Notes: generated by a model from the letters alone, not told the origin. DNA of 64,000 nucleotides from an uncultured Clostridium sp. (GCF_934755305.1 NZ_CAKVLD010000007.1); one strand, 5' to 3'; positions 20,338-31,078 are shown, numbered from the stretch's first letter. Numbers and translations are program-made.

Positions 20338-21246
20338 TTATTTACCAGCTTCTGCAACTACAGCAGCTAGTGCTATTGAATTAACTTTAGTTTCAAAACT
20401 ATCTGCTCTTGAAGTTAATATAACTGGTGCAGATGTTCCTACTAATAATCCACCATTTCTTGTCTCTGCAGTATATGTTAATGTTTTATACATAACATTA
20501 GCTGTTTCAATATTTGGTAACATAATTATATCTGCTTTTCCAGCTACAGGTCCTGTAATTCCTTTATGATGAGCAGCTTCTTCTGATAATGCATTATCAA
20601 GTGCAAGAGGTCCATCTACTATACATCCTTTAATTTGTCCTCTATCACTCATCTTTGATAATAATGAAGCATCTACAGTAGCTGGCATATCTGGATTTAC
20701 AACCTCTACAGCACATACTGGTGCAACCTTTGGACACTCTATTCCACAAGCATGAGCAACATATACAGAGTTATTTACTATTTGAACTTTAGCTTTTAAA
20801 TCAGGATATGTGTTAAATGCAGCATCAGTTAAAAATATTAATCTATCAAATCCTTTAATTTCAAATACTGATACATGTGACATAACCTTACCTGTTCTAA
20901 GACCAACTTCCTTATTTAAAACACTTCTTAAGAAAGTAGCTGTATCAACAAGACCTTTCATAACCATATCTGCTTTACCACTAGATACTAATTGTACAGC
21001 AAAAAGTGCTGCTTTCTTTACATCTGCTTCATGAATAACCTCATATTGAGTTAAATCCATACCAATAGTTTTTGCAACTTCTTTAATCTTTTCCTTATCT
21101 CCTACTAATATGGCATCTGCAATACCTTTATCCTTTGCAGCTTTAACTGCTTCAAGTACAGGCTTGTCTTGAGCTACTGCTACTGCTAACTTCTTTCTTT
21201 TACACTCTTTAACCTTTGATAATAAATCATCAAAACTTTTACTCAT
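20338..21246 (-). CDS. ptb: Phosphate butyryltransferase
   Basis: MKGLVDT, DGPLALDNA, PVILTSRAD; adjacent to buk. Confidence 0.95.
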   Translation of the reverse strand: MSKSFDDLLSKVKECKRKKLAVAVAQDKPVLEAVKAAKDKGIADAILVGDKEKIKEVAKTIGMDLTQYEVIHEADVKKAALFAVQLVSSGKADMVMKGLVDTATFLRSVLNKEVGLRTGKVMSHVSVFEIKGFDRLIFLTDAAFNTYPDLKAKVQIVNNSVYVAHACGIECPKVAPVCAVEVVNPDMPATVDASLLSKMSDRGQIKGCIVDGPLALDNALSEEAAHHKGITGPVAGKADIIMLPNIETANVMYKTLTYTAETRNGGLLVGTSAPVILTSRADSFETKVNSIALAAVVAEAGK

Positions 21247-21334
21247 TTTACTACACCTTCTTGTTATTTTTTATCCCATTAATTTAATTTTTTAATAGCT
21301 CTTTATCAGAAATATACAAAATATCTAGAATAGT

Positions 21335-21352
21335 GTGTTAATTTTATAACAA
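21335..21352. promoter_or_regulatory. Probable Rex (redox repressor) operator upstream of ptb-buk
   Basis: GTGTTAATTTTATAACAA versus clostridial Rex consensus TTGTTAA-N4-TTAACAA (12/14). Confidence 0.5.
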
Positions 21353-21472
21353 TCCATAGTATAAAATTGACATTTCTGTTACTTTTATTGTAACAAAAAA
21401 TATTCTGAAAACTTAAATTTTCAGAATATTTTCTTAACTTTTTTTTACTTATTTTTATTTAATTGACCTATT

Positions 21473-23080
21473 TTACATTTCTTTATATTCCATAATTATT
21501 TTCTCAGCAATCTTTATTCCATCAACTGCTGCTGAGATTATTCCTCCAGCAAATCCTGCTCCTTCACCTGCTGGATATAAACCTTTTGCACTAATACTTT
21601 CTAAATTATCATTTCTACTTATTCTAACTGGTGCAGAAGTTCTAGTTTCTATTCCTGTTAATACAGCATCATCCATACCATATCCTTTAATTCTAGAATC
21701 GAACTTTACTATACCATCTTTTAAACTATTAATTACATAGCTAGGTAAACATTCTTTCATTTCTCTAAGCTCATAACCTGCTGTATAAGATGGTTTAACA
21801 GTTCCTATTTTTGTACTCTTTTGATCCTTTAAAAAATCTCCCACTAATTGAACTGGTGCTTTATAATTTCCTCCACCTAATTCATAAGCAAGTCTTTCAT
21901 AATGTCTTTGAAATTCCATTCCACTTAAAGGTGTATTGCCTTCAAAATCTTCTGGCCCTACAGTTACTACTAAAGCTGAATTAGCATTTTCTAAGTCTCT
22001 AGCATGATAGCTCATACCATTAGACACAAGTCTCTTTTCTTCTGATGCAGCAGCTACTACTACACCACCTGGGCACATACAAAATGAATATACCCCTCTC
22101 TTTGTTATTGGACTTTGATATGTTAATCTATAATCTGCCGCCTTTAATCTTGGATGATTTGCAAACTTTCCATATTGACTTACATTAATGAGTTCTTGCG
22201 GATGTTCTATTCTAACTCCAACTGCAAAAGCTTTAGGTTCCATAAATATTCCTATTCTATGAAGCATTTCATAAGTATCTCTTGAGCTATGACCTATTGC
22301 AAGTACTAAAGCTTCACAAGGAACTTCTGATCCGTTTACTACTATGCTTTGAACTTTTCCATCTTTAATATTAATATTATCTAGTCTTGAATTAAAATGA
22401 ATTTCTCCACCAAGAGATTTTATTTCTTCTCTTATATTCTTAACAACTACTTTAAGTATATCTGTACCAACATGAGGCTTACCTACATATTTTATTTCCT
22501 CAGGAGCACCATACTTTACAAGTTCCTTTAATATAAAGCTACATCTATTATCCTTTATTCTTGTAGTAAGCTTACCATCTGAGAATGCACCTGCTCCCCC
22601 TTCACCAAATTGAACATTAGATTCTAAGTTAAGGTCACTCTCACCTTTCCAAAAACTTTCCACAGTCTTTGTTCTATTATCCACATCTTCTCCACGCTCA
22701 AAAACAATAGGTTTATATCCTTCTCTAGCTAAAGTAAGAGCTGAAAATATTCCAGCTGGTCCAAAGCCAATTACTACCGGTCTTGAATTAAGCTTTTTAG
22801 TGCCATGTACAGTGTTTTCTTCAAATTCTGGTTCTTCTATTTTTGCATCCTTGCATTTAGCCTTTTTAAGTACTGATTTTTCACCATTACATTTTATATC
22901 AACACAATAATTAAATTTTATATTATCCTTTTTTCTAGCATCTATACTTTCTTTAACTATCTTAAGCTCTATTATCTCTTCCTCTTTGATTTTAAGAGTT
23001 TTAGAAACTTTCCTCTTTAGTAATTCTTGAGATTCATCTATATTTAAACTTATATTATTAACTCTTATAGCCATAATCAT
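21473..23080 (-). CDS. NAD(P)/FAD-dependent oxidoreductase
   Basis: VIGFGPAG, FGEGGAGAFSDGKL, FCMCPGG, GEGAGFAGGIISAAVDG. Confidence 0.85.
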   Translation of the reverse strand: MIMAIRVNNISLNIDESQELLKRKVSKTLKIKEEEIIELKIVKESIDARKKDNIKFNYCVDIKCNGEKSVLKKAKCKDAKIEEPEFEENTVHGTKKLNSRPVVIGFGPAGIFSALTLAREGYKPIVFERGEDVDNRTKTVESFWKGESDLNLESNVQFGEGGAGAFSDGKLTTRIKDNRCSFILKELVKYGAPEEIKYVGKPHVGTDILKVVVKNIREEIKSLGGEIHFNSRLDNINIKDGKVQSIVVNGSEVPCEALVLAIGHSSRDTYEMLHRIGIFMEPKAFAVGVRIEHPQELINVSQYGKFANHPRLKAADYRLTYQSPITKRGVYSFCMCPGGVVVAAASEEKRLVSNGMSYHARDLENANSALVVTVGPEDFEGNTPLSGMEFQRHYERLAYELGGGNYKAPVQLVGDFLKDQKSTKIGTVKPSYTAGYELREMKECLPSYVINSLKDGIVKFDSRIKGYGMDDAVLTGIETRTSAPVRISRNDNLESISAKGLYPAGEGAGFAGGIISAAVDGIKIAEKIIMEYKEM

Positions 23081-23128
23081 CTTCCTTTTCTTTTATCCTT
23101 AGATAAACATTTTATACTAATATAACAC

Positions 23129-23156
23129 AAAAAAAAGTGGCAATGCCACTTTTTTT
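23129..23156. terminator. Intrinsic terminator after cdaR
   Basis: A-run GTGGCA-A-TGCCAC T-run hairpin. Confidence 0.75.
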
Positions 23157-24393
23157 ATTTAACTGTTATCTTAATCTTTTCCGTCTTTGATTTAATTTTT
23201 ATAGTTGAGGCTGTATTTTCTAATTTAACATCTACTAAAACTTCATATTCTCCTGCTTCTGTTATGTCTTGAACAGATGCAGTAGCCACAATATTAGCTG
23301 ATGTCACTAAATCTAGTTCTTCCTTAACTCCCTCTAATTCTACAAAAATACTTTCTGCTTCATAAGTTAATTTTTCATTTTGTTTATTATTTAAAGTTAC
23401 TACTATTCCCTCTATCTTTTTACTTGTTGTCTTATTCTCAACTTTTGTTTCAACCTTTTTAACTTTTATACTAGCAGTAATCTTTTCATTTTTATTACTC
23501 AAATATATTCCCTCAGGTAATATTATCCCCAAAGACACATCTTTACTTTCAGTAATTGTGGATAAATTAATAGTTTCTGTGGATATACTATCAACCTCTT
23601 CTAACTTATTTATATCACCTGTTATGCTTATAGTATCTTTTGATAGAGTAACTCCTTCTAAAGTTAATCCTTCAGGTAAATTTCCTTTATAATTAACCTT
23701 TAAAGACACTTCTTTTACATTACCTACTACCCCTATACTTAGCTTAGCCTTGCTTTCACTAAGAGTCACACCTTTTACTTCATTTCCTTCTGCATCAACT
23801 GCTATTAAATCAAAACTCTCTTGTGTATCCTCTTTTATATTTAATAGCTCACCTTTTATGATAACAGAATCCACTGAATTAACAGCACTTTCAGCTCCTG
23901 ATACCTTTACTGATTTAGGGCTTATATTTATATAATTTTCAGTAAGCCCATGTTTATAAGTAGTATTTACTTTTGATGATATTTTAACATCCTTTTCTAT
24001 TATTTCTTCTAGATCAACTTTAACAGTTAATACACCACTATTTTTTATTTCTAAATTACCTGGCGAATTAACTATTTGCACAGGGATATTATTTTCACCC
24101 TTTTTTAAACTATAATTGCTTAAATCTGCTTTTATAGTAAAATCACTTTTCTTAGCCACATATATATCATTAGCTGGACCCTCTATTTTTAAATCCACTA
24201 AAAACTTTTGATCTGGTTTAAGGCATAAATTTGAATCTTTTAATACGTCAGTATTTTCAAGAGTAACTTCTACTGCCTTTATATCTGAAGTTCTTGTAGG
24301 ATTTTCAACGTTAGATACATATAGCCATAAAATAAAAGATAATATTACACAGACCAGTTTTACAACTATTCTCTTTTCATTCCCATTATCCAT
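23155..24393 (-). CDS. cdaR: CdaR/YbbR diadenylate cyclase regulator
   Basis: N-terminal TM (LWLYV..ENP), repeated YbbR-like domains, follows cdaA. Confidence 0.85.
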   Translation of the reverse strand: MDNGNEKRIVVKLVCVILSFILWLYVSNVENPTRTSDIKAVEVTLENTDVLKDSNLCLKPDQKFLVDLKIEGPANDIYVAKKSDFTIKADLSNYSLKKGENNIPVQIVNSPGNLEIKNSGVLTVKVDLEEIIEKDVKISSKVNTTYKHGLTENYINISPKSVKVSGAESAVNSVDSVIIKGELLNIKEDTQESFDLIAVDAEGNEVKGVTLSESKAKLSIGVVGNVKEVSLKVNYKGNLPEGLTLEGVTLSKDTISITGDINKLEEVDSISTETINLSTITESKDVSLGIILPEGIYLSNKNEKITASIKVKKVETKVENKTTSKKIEGIVVTLNNKQNEKLTYEAESIFVELEGVKEELDLVTSANIVATASVQDITEAGEYEVLVDVKLENTASTIKIKSKTEKIKITVK

Positions 24394-25217
24394 GCCTTCA
24401 CCTTCTCTCCAGCTGTTTTAACCCTTTTTGCTTCTCTATTTTCCATTAATTTTATTAATATTGTTTTTAATTTATCCTTGTCATAATTTCTTGTAAGCTT
24501 CCCATTAACAGCTAAAGAAATAACCCCTGTTTCTTCTGATACTACTATAATTAATGCATCTGAATTCTCAGATAACCCCATAGCTGCTCTATGTCTAGTT
24601 CCTAATTTTTTATTAATTAAGTTATTATTAGTTAAAGGTAATACACACCCAGAAGCATGAATTCTATCTTTTCTTATTATTGTTGCACCATCATGTAATG
24701 GAGTATTAACTACAAATATATTTTCAAGTAAAGCCGAAGTTACCTTTGCATCTATTATTGTTCCAGAAGCTAATATATCTCCTAATCCTGTAACTTGCTC
24801 TATAACTATAAGAGCCCCTGTTTTTGTTTCTGCTAAGTTTTCCACAGCTGTTGCAATTTCATTAACAACTTCATTTCGTTTTTCAACACTTTGACTATTA
24901 TGAATATCATCAAAAGCACTTCTACCTAAGTGTTCTAATGCTCTTCTTATTTCTGGTTGAAAAATAATTATTACTGATAATACACCTATAGTTAATGTTT
25001 TATTTAAAATAAAATAAAGCATATCTAATTTAAAGATGTAACTTATAGGTATAAGAGCTACTATAAATACTAGTCCTTTTAATAATTGTTCTGCTCTTGT
25101 TTCTTTTATAAGCATATACCCTTTATAAAATATAAAAGATACAACTAATATATCTAAAACAGACCATACTGATATATTTTTTATTGTATTTATTAACATA
25201 TAATATAACTCTTGCAT
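24366..25217 (-). CDS. cdaA: Diadenylate cyclase CdaA/DacA
   Basis: 3 TM segments, TPLHDGA, GTRHRAA, VSEETG; ATG 25217 after GAGGTG. Confidence 0.95.
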   Translation of the reverse strand: MQELYYMLINTIKNISVWSVLDILVVSFIFYKGYMLIKETRAEQLLKGLVFIVALIPISYIFKLDMLYFILNKTLTIGVLSVIIIFQPEIRRALEHLGRSAFDDIHNSQSVEKRNEVVNEIATAVENLAETKTGALIVIEQVTGLGDILASGTIIDAKVTSALLENIFVVNTPLHDGATIIRKDRIHASGCVLPLTNNNLINKKLGTRHRAAMGLSENSDALIIVVSEETGVISLAVNGKLTRNYDKDKLKTILIKLMENREAKRVKTAGEKVKAWIMGMKRE

Positions 25218-25387
25218 TTCACACCTCATAAAATTACTCTATATAAATTATACACCAAAATAAATCTTCCTTGAATATAAGGCTAATTACAAATTTATGA
25301 ATATTTCATATTTTTTTATACTATTTTTTATTCGCAAAAATATACATTCTATATAGATACTTAATACTTATTGAAAGGAGATTTAAT

Positions 25388-26377
25388 ATGAATTTTGAGA
25401 AACTAAAATTAAATAGAAAGTATATTTTTTTCTTGTCCTTCTTAATTATTATTCCTTTATTTATTTTCTTTATTATTAATTTAACTAAACCTTCTACTAA
25501 ACCTAATAATAATATAGACAAATTATACACTCAAATTGAAAAGTGTAATATTAATTTAAGAGATTTAGTAGATAGTAAAGGCCTAAATTTAAAGGAAGCT
25601 GAAAATATTTTATCTACAGAAGTAATTAATTTATCTAATATTAAAGATAATCTTATTTCTTTACAATTAGATAACAATAAGCAAGAAATTAAAGATAAAT
25701 TACTTGAAACTTTAAATTACAATATTAATTTATATGAATCCTGCCTAAACCTTATAAAAAAACCTGATGATAATGATATTTTAAATAAATATCAAGCTTG
25801 TTCTGACAACTACTCTAGTTTACTAAAGAATTATGAAGCATTAAATTCTTTAGGTGCCAACATTAATTTTCCAGAAGAAAGTCAAGGATTCATAGATCTT
25901 ACATTAAATTATTTTAATAATATTATTAAACTAAGTAGAGATAAAGATATTAAGGTTGGACTTAAGAGGAACTATATATCTAACTTAGAAGAATGTATAG
26001 ATGCTTTTGATGATATCTCTGAAAATTTAGAACCTGCTTTAAAAAAAATAAAGGAAGATAATAGAGATCTTAACATATTACTTCAAGATATTAAGGAAAA
26101 GAAAGCTGCTCTAAATGAGATAAAAAATAAATCTTTTTGTCTTTCAATTCCTGAAGAAGGTACTAATTGTTTTCATTTTCTTCAAGATACAATTACTTAC
26201 TATGATTTATATATAACTTCTTTAGAACAATCAATTGTTCTAGAACAAACCTGTAATAAGGAGAATAATTGTAAGAATATCGAGGAAAACTATAATAATA
26301 GTTTTTCAAAATATCAAGATTTTCTTACTAGTTTAAAGGACTTGAGAGAGGAATTGGATAAATTCAATAAAAAATAG
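25388..26377 (+). CDS. Hypothetical membrane-anchored helical/coiled-coil protein
   Basis: 329-aa ORF, AAGGAG RBS, N-terminal TM. Confidence 0.75.
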   Translation: MNFEKLKLNRKYIFFLSFLIIIPLFIFFIINLTKPSTKPNNNIDKLYTQIEKCNINLRDLVDSKGLNLKEAENILSTEVINLSNIKDNLISLQLDNNKQEIKDKLLETLNYNINLYESCLNLIKKPDDNDILNKYQACSDNYSSLLKNYEALNSLGANINFPEESQGFIDLTLNYFNNIIKLSRDKDIKVGLKRNYISNLEECIDAFDDISENLEPALKKIKEDNRDLNILLQDIKEKKAALNEIKNKSFCLSIPEEGTNCFHFLQDTITYYDLYITSLEQSIVLEQTCNKENNCKNIEENYNNSFSKYQDFLTSLKDLREELDKFNKK

Positions 26378-26405
26378 TATATATATTCTTCTTTTGGTCA
26401 TAATA
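26377..26405 (+). promoter_or_regulatory. Possible sporulation sigma (SigG/SigE-type) promoter
   Basis: GTATA-17 bp-CATAATA upstream of the SleB-like gene. Confidence 0.4.
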
Positions 26406-26436
26406 TGTTTTGACCGGGTTAGAAAAGGAGGTTTAT

Positions 26437-26970
26437 ATGAAAAAATTATTTAATTTTATTTTGCTTTACTTAGCCCTCTCACTAGTAAATCCTTTTAATA
26501 ATATTTTAACTGTAAAAGTCGTGGCTTCCGAAACAGACAATTTGACAAATGCTAATATAGATGAAGTAGTAGAAGTATTTAATCACGGCCAACAAATTCT
26601 ATATGTAACTCGGGCAGATATAGATTTAATGGCCAAACTAATTTATGCAGAAAGTAGAGGTGAACCATTTGAAGGAAAAGTAGCAGTTGCATCTGTTGTA
26701 TTGAACAGAGTTTTAAACTCACATTTTCCTAACAGTATTCAAGGAGTAATTTTTCAACCTAACGCATTTTCTTGTGTACGTAATAATCAAATAGTGGCTT
26801 ATCCAGATGATAATTGCTATAATGCAGTATATGAAGCTTTAAAGGGAAATGATCCAACTAATGAAGCTTTATATTTTTATAATCCGTCTATATCTACATG
26901 TAAATGGATGAAAAAAACACAAAAAATAGACCCTAAAGTTATAGGCAATCATCTATTCTTTAAGTGTTAA
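26437..26970 (+). CDS. SleB/CwlJ-like cell wall hydrolase (Hydrolase_2)
   Basis: LMAKLIYAESRGEPFEGKVAVASVVLNRV, ALYFYNP, IGNHLF; AGGAGG RBS before ATG 26437. Confidence 0.88.
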   Translation: MKKLFNFILLYLALSLVNPFNNILTVKVVASETDNLTNANIDEVVEVFNHGQQILYVTRADIDLMAKLIYAESRGEPFEGKVAVASVVLNRVLNSHFPNSIQGVIFQPNAFSCVRNNQIVAYPDDNCYNAVYEALKGNDPTNEALYFYNPSISTCKWMKKTQKIDPKVIGNHLFFKC

Positions 26971-26980
26971 ATATAACATA

Positions 26981-27016
26981 AAAAAATAAGGGTATATTAC
27001 TTTACCCTTATTTTTT
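26981..27016. terminator. Bidirectional terminator between convergent genes
   Basis: AAAAAATAAGGGTA..TACCCTTATTTTTT. Confidence 0.75.
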
Positions 27017-27017
27017 A

Positions 27018-28193
27018 TTAATTTTCAAATGTCCCTTTTACCAGTATTTCTTTATCTTTAATTAAAGCTTTTCCTTTTGCATATACACTATTTATTTCTA
27101 AAGACCTCTTATCTACCAATACAAAATCTGCTTGATATCCCTCTTTAATGTTGCCCAATCTATTTAACTTAAGCATTCTAGCAACATTAGAAGTAATTAC
27201 TGTTATAGCATCTTCTATAGGTACTTTTTTATCTAAAATTGCATCCTTAACTTCATTATATAGGGTATCAACAGAGCAAATTCCAAGTCCTATAAGTTCT
27301 CTCTTCTCATTAAATAATGGCATACTTCCTTGAGCATCTGAAGAAAAAGTCACTTTCTCTAAAGATAAATTTAAATCATAAATTCTTTTTAATCCTTCAC
27401 TAGCTCTTAATTCACCTGGTTCTAAATACTCTGGATTAGAACTAGTAGTTAAGTCTACAAATCCACCTTCTCTTATATAATCTATTCCCATTTCAAAGAG
27501 CTCTGTACTTCTATTTATATGAGTTGGTAATAGTTGTGTTGGCGGAATTTCTGTATTTCTTACTAAAGAAAATAACATTTCAAGCTTTTTAGCTCCTCCA
27601 CCTAAGTGAACATTGACAATTCCAGCTTTACCAGATAACAATCCTCCAGTTCTAGCACTAGCTACTGTTTTTACAAATTCTTCATAAGTAGGTTGAGAAC
27701 TTCTATGATCTGATAATGCAACTTCTCCTACTCCAATTATTTTATCTATAAGCATTAAATCTTCTTTTATACCACCAGTTATCGTAATAACTGGAATTTC
27801 ATAAGATCCAGTGTAACAAAAAGTATTAATTCCTTCTTCCTCTAAAGCTTTAGCTTTTGCAATAAGAGTATTCATATTTCTACAAACACTATCTGTTCCT
27901 AAACATCCTACTACAGTTGTTACTCCTGCTTTAGTTAATTCAGAAAAGCTTATTTCTCTTGTTCTAGTTGAGAATCCTCCCTCTCCTCCTCCACCAGTTA
28001 TGTGTACATGATTGTCGATGAAACCAGGAAACATTATATATCCTTCTGCATCTATTTCTTTAATATTTACAAAATCTTTTGGAATATTTATTTCATCATA
28101 TATTCCTTCAAAAGTATCTGAAACTATAACTACCTGTTTTTTCCCTAAATACTTAGGACTATAAACTTCAATATTTTTTATAACTGTAATCAA
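27018..28193 (-). CDS. iadA: Beta-aspartyl peptidase (isoaspartyl dipeptidase)
   Basis: PGFIDNHVHITGGGGEGGF, LGTD, SDHRSSQP, SSDAQGS. Confidence 0.92.
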   Translation of the reverse strand: MITVIKNIEVYSPKYLGKKQVVIVSDTFEGIYDEINIPKDFVNIKEIDAEGYIMFPGFIDNHVHITGGGGEGGFSTRTREISFSELTKAGVTTVVGCLGTDSVCRNMNTLIAKAKALEEEGINTFCYTGSYEIPVITITGGIKEDLMLIDKIIGVGEVALSDHRSSQPTYEEFVKTVASARTGGLLSGKAGIVNVHLGGGAKKLEMLFSLVRNTEIPPTQLLPTHINRSTELFEMGIDYIREGGFVDLTTSSNPEYLEPGELRASEGLKRIYDLNLSLEKVTFSSDAQGSMPLFNEKRELIGLGICSVDTLYNEVKDAILDKKVPIEDAITVITSNVARMLKLNRLGNIKEGYQADFVLVDKRSLEINSVYAKGKALIKDKEILVKGTFEN

Positions 28194-28208
28194 ATTATCA
28201 CTTCCTAG

Positions 28209-29492
28209 CTATTGTACGCTATTTAGTAAATTAGTAATAATATCATTATAATACATTGTATCTGAATACTTATCTTCTATTTCCTCTGCATATAAAATAC
28301 TCTTATCTATATCTATTTCTTTATAAAGTATAGCTAATTTATAAACTGCCTCTGCTATAGAATCTTCTTTATTAAAGTTATTGTAATATGTTTCATACAT
28401 CTTTATAGCTTCATTAATATCTCCTAACTGTTCACTTACTGCTGCAGTAAAAAATACTATATGAGGCATTAAGTAATTATCAGAGGCATATTTATATCCT
28501 TTTCTAAATTCTTCTCTTGCTTTTTCTAAATCTTTGGAATTATAAAGATTTGAACCTTGTTGATAAAAATATTTTACCCCTTCATTCTTTAGAAGTTCCT
28601 TAGCATTTATATATACCGTTTTTTCTTTTCCTTCTAAAGTTTTATCACCTATTATTTCTAACTTACTATAAATAGCATCAAAATCTTTATTTGCTATATT
28701 CTCTTGAAGTTCATCAAAATTAACTTCTGCTTCAACTTTAGTTTTACCCATTTCTTCTGTATCATTCTCTACACTTTCATTAAATGAATTATCTTTATCT
28801 TCCTCAACTAACTCTTGTGGCTTGTCCTCTTCTTGAGTTACATCTTCTGTAGTTTGATTATTTATTATGTTTTTTAAAACATAATTTCCTGATATACCTA
28901 TTGAAGCAATAATTATAATTCCAGCAACAGATATAACCACTTTCTTAAATGCTCCATTCTTTTTAGGAACAGTAACCTTTATTTTACTAATATCATATAA
29001 TTCTTTTGCTATCTTTTTAGCTTCTTCATTATTCCTATCCTGTTTTAAAACCTCTGTAATAAATATACTACAAGCTTTATAATCTCCTTTTCTCATATAA
29101 CATATAGCCAAATTTAAATTAACCTTAATTGAGTTAAAATCACTTTTTTTACATAGTCTTAGCAATGATATTGCTTCATCTATTCTTAATTCTTTAATTA
29201 ACTTTTCTGCTTCCTTAAACTTTCTTAACCTATCTAAATCACTTCTAGAATCAATTATGTAATTTTTAGATAAATTATCGCCATTATAATCTAAATTTGT
29301 TTGCCACGTAAATATAGCTGCCTCTATATCTCCTATTATATATAAAATTAAACCTTTTAAATTAAAGGCAGCCCTATTTTTTAGATTTTTTGCTATGGCT
29401 TTATCACACTGTTTTATAGCTTTATTAATTTCTCCATTCTCATAATAATCTAAAGCTTTAGCATAAGCCCTATCTTTTTCTCTCTTACTCAC
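28209..29492 (-). CDS. TPR-containing membrane protein
   Basis: TPR-like helices on both sides of a central TM segment. Confidence 0.75.
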   Translation of the reverse strand: MSKREKDRAYAKALDYYENGEINKAIKQCDKAIAKNLKNRAAFNLKGLILYIIGDIEAAIFTWQTNLDYNGDNLSKNYIIDSRSDLDRLRKFKEAEKLIKELRIDEAISLLRLCKKSDFNSIKVNLNLAICYMRKGDYKACSIFITEVLKQDRNNEEAKKIAKELYDISKIKVTVPKKNGAFKKVVISVAGIIIIASIGISGNYVLKNIINNQTTEDVTQEEDKPQELVEEDKDNSFNESVENDTEEMGKTKVEAEVNFDELQENIANKDFDAIYSKLEIIGDKTLEGKEKTVYINAKELLKNEGVKYFYQQGSNLYNSKDLEKAREEFRKGYKYASDNYLMPHIVFFTAAVSEQLGDINEAIKMYETYYNNFNKEDSIAEAVYKLAILYKEIDIDKSILYAEEIEDKYSDTMYYNDIITNLLNSVQ

Positions 29493-29496
29493 TTTC

Positions 29497-30033
29497 TTAA
29501 AATACCCCCCACATAATTATTCCTAATACTGCAGCTATTACAATTGTCATTATAGGATGTATATGTATCTTTTTATAAAATAAACAAACTCCTATTATTA
29601 AAGTAATTATTATAGATTTTAAATCTACATATGCTGTTTTTGCTAATGAAACAAATGCATTTATTATTAACGCAATTAGAACAGGTCTCATACCTATAAG
29701 AGCTGCTTTTAATGTAACTGACTCTTTAAACTTTGTTATTAATTTATTTGCAACACTTATTAATATAAAAGAAACTGCTGTTATACCTGCTGTAGCTGAA
29801 ATACCACCTAATATACCTGCAACCTTTGATCCTACAAAAGTTGCTGAATTAACTGCTATAGGTCCTGGTGTCATTTGTGATATACCTATTATATCAATAA
29901 ATTCATTAATTTCTATCCATTTATTTTTTTCTATTACTTCTCTTTGTATATATGGAATCATTGCATAGCCTCCACCAAAACTAAATGCACCTATTTTAAA
30001 GAAAGTTAGAAATAACTTTAAAAATATATTCAT
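29497..30033 (-). CDS. Chromate transporter (short-chain ChrA family), subunit 2
   Basis: FFKIGAFSFGGGYAM, SQMTPGPIAVNSATFVG. Confidence 0.9.
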   Translation of the reverse strand: MNIFLKLFLTFFKIGAFSFGGGYAMIPYIQREVIEKNKWIEINEFIDIIGISQMTPGPIAVNSATFVGSKVAGILGGISATAGITAVSFILISVANKLITKFKESVTLKAALIGMRPVLIALIINAFVSLAKTAYVDLKSIIITLIIGVCLFYKKIHIHPIMTIVIAAVLGIIMWGVF

Positions 30034-30570
30034 CTACTTAACCTTCTTCCTACAAAAAATTATTCCGTATACTGCCCCAGCTATAGTTACTATAATTGGG
30101 CTTATATTAAATACAAGTAAACATGTTAATGCAACAATTAATATAATAATATTTTCAACATTCTTATTTACATTTTGAGCCATACTAACTACTCCAACTA
30201 ATACTAGTATTGGTACTGCTGCTGATATTCCTTTAAAGGCTAAATTAACATAATAATAATCTCTAAATTGCATAAAATAAGCAGCAATCAAAGTAATTAT
30301 CAAAAATGATGGTAATGTAATCCCGAGTATTGCCATTACAGCTCCGAGTACTCCTGAAATTTTATATCCAATAAAAGTAGAACAATTTAAAGCTAATGGC
30401 CCTGGTAAACTTTGAGATATAACAAGCATATCCATAAATTCTTGCTTTTTTACCCATTTCTTCTTATTAACTACCTCTTCCTCAATTAAAGGAATCATTG
30501 CATATCCTCCACCAAAGGTAAAAGCTCCTATCTTAAAAAATGTTATAAACATTTTTAATAAATTATTCAT
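30034..30570 (-). CDS. Chromate transporter (short-chain ChrA family), subunit 1
   Basis: FFKIGAFTFGGGYAM, SQSLPGPLALN; ATG 30570 chosen (track start 30594). Confidence 0.9.
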   Translation of the reverse strand: MNNLLKMFITFFKIGAFTFGGGYAMIPLIEEEVVNKKKWVKKQEFMDMLVISQSLPGPLALNCSTFIGYKISGVLGAVMAILGITLPSFLIITLIAAYFMQFRDYYYVNLAFKGISAAVPILVLVGVVSMAQNVNKNVENIIILIVALTCLLVFNISPIIVTIAGAVYGIIFCRKKVK

Positions 30571-30752
30571 AAGTTTCTTCCCTTCTATCTTCAACTTATA
30601 TTATTATTTTGTACTTATAATTACTATTTTATTTATAATACTCTCCACTCAGTCTGTTATGTTATTATATAATGGTAATTAATTCAACATTACCCTATAT
30701 ATTATATATCATAATATATAAATTCTAAAATTAGAAAAGAGTGAAACACTTT

Positions 30753-30964
30753 ATGAGTAGAACAGAAAAATGTATATTAACTGTTTTTCTGGAAAATTAA
30801 AATCTTCAAGTGAAGGAAAAGTTTTTTGGATAAAAAGAGAAGAACTAAATAAATATACTCTAGCTAAGGATTTTGATGAAATGATAAAAATATTTGAAAG
30901 TGATAATCTAAGTGAAAACTATTTCTATAATACGCCTAATGGTTTTAAGTTAGAAAATCTATAA
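30753..30964 (+). pseudogene. Internally deleted NUDIX (MutT-like) hydrolase remnant
   Basis: ATG 30753 gives MSRTEKCILT and stops soon after; another frame gives FSGKLKSSSEGKVFWI..DFDEMIKIF, resembling a NUDIX C-terminus; no Nudix box. Confidence 0.55.
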
Positions 30965-30966
30965 TT

Positions 30967-31005
30967 AAAAAGCTGATTTCTATAAAATATAGAAATCAGC
31001 TTTTT
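30967..31005. terminator. Bidirectional terminator
   Basis: AAAAAGCTGATTTCTATA..TATAGAAATCAGCTTTTT. Confidence 0.8.
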
Positions 31006-31078
31006 ATAAACTTGCTCTCTTCTTTATTATCCTTGATAAAGGACCAAAATTAGATTGCTCTATATTGCTTCTTTTATA

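Noticed and set aside
3332..25530. Short overlapping or antisense ORFs in the track (3332..3529, 3769..4173, 6632..6919, 8218..8625, 15410..15652, 25321..25530 and similar)
   Set aside because: They overlap well-supported genes and lack recognisable motifs.
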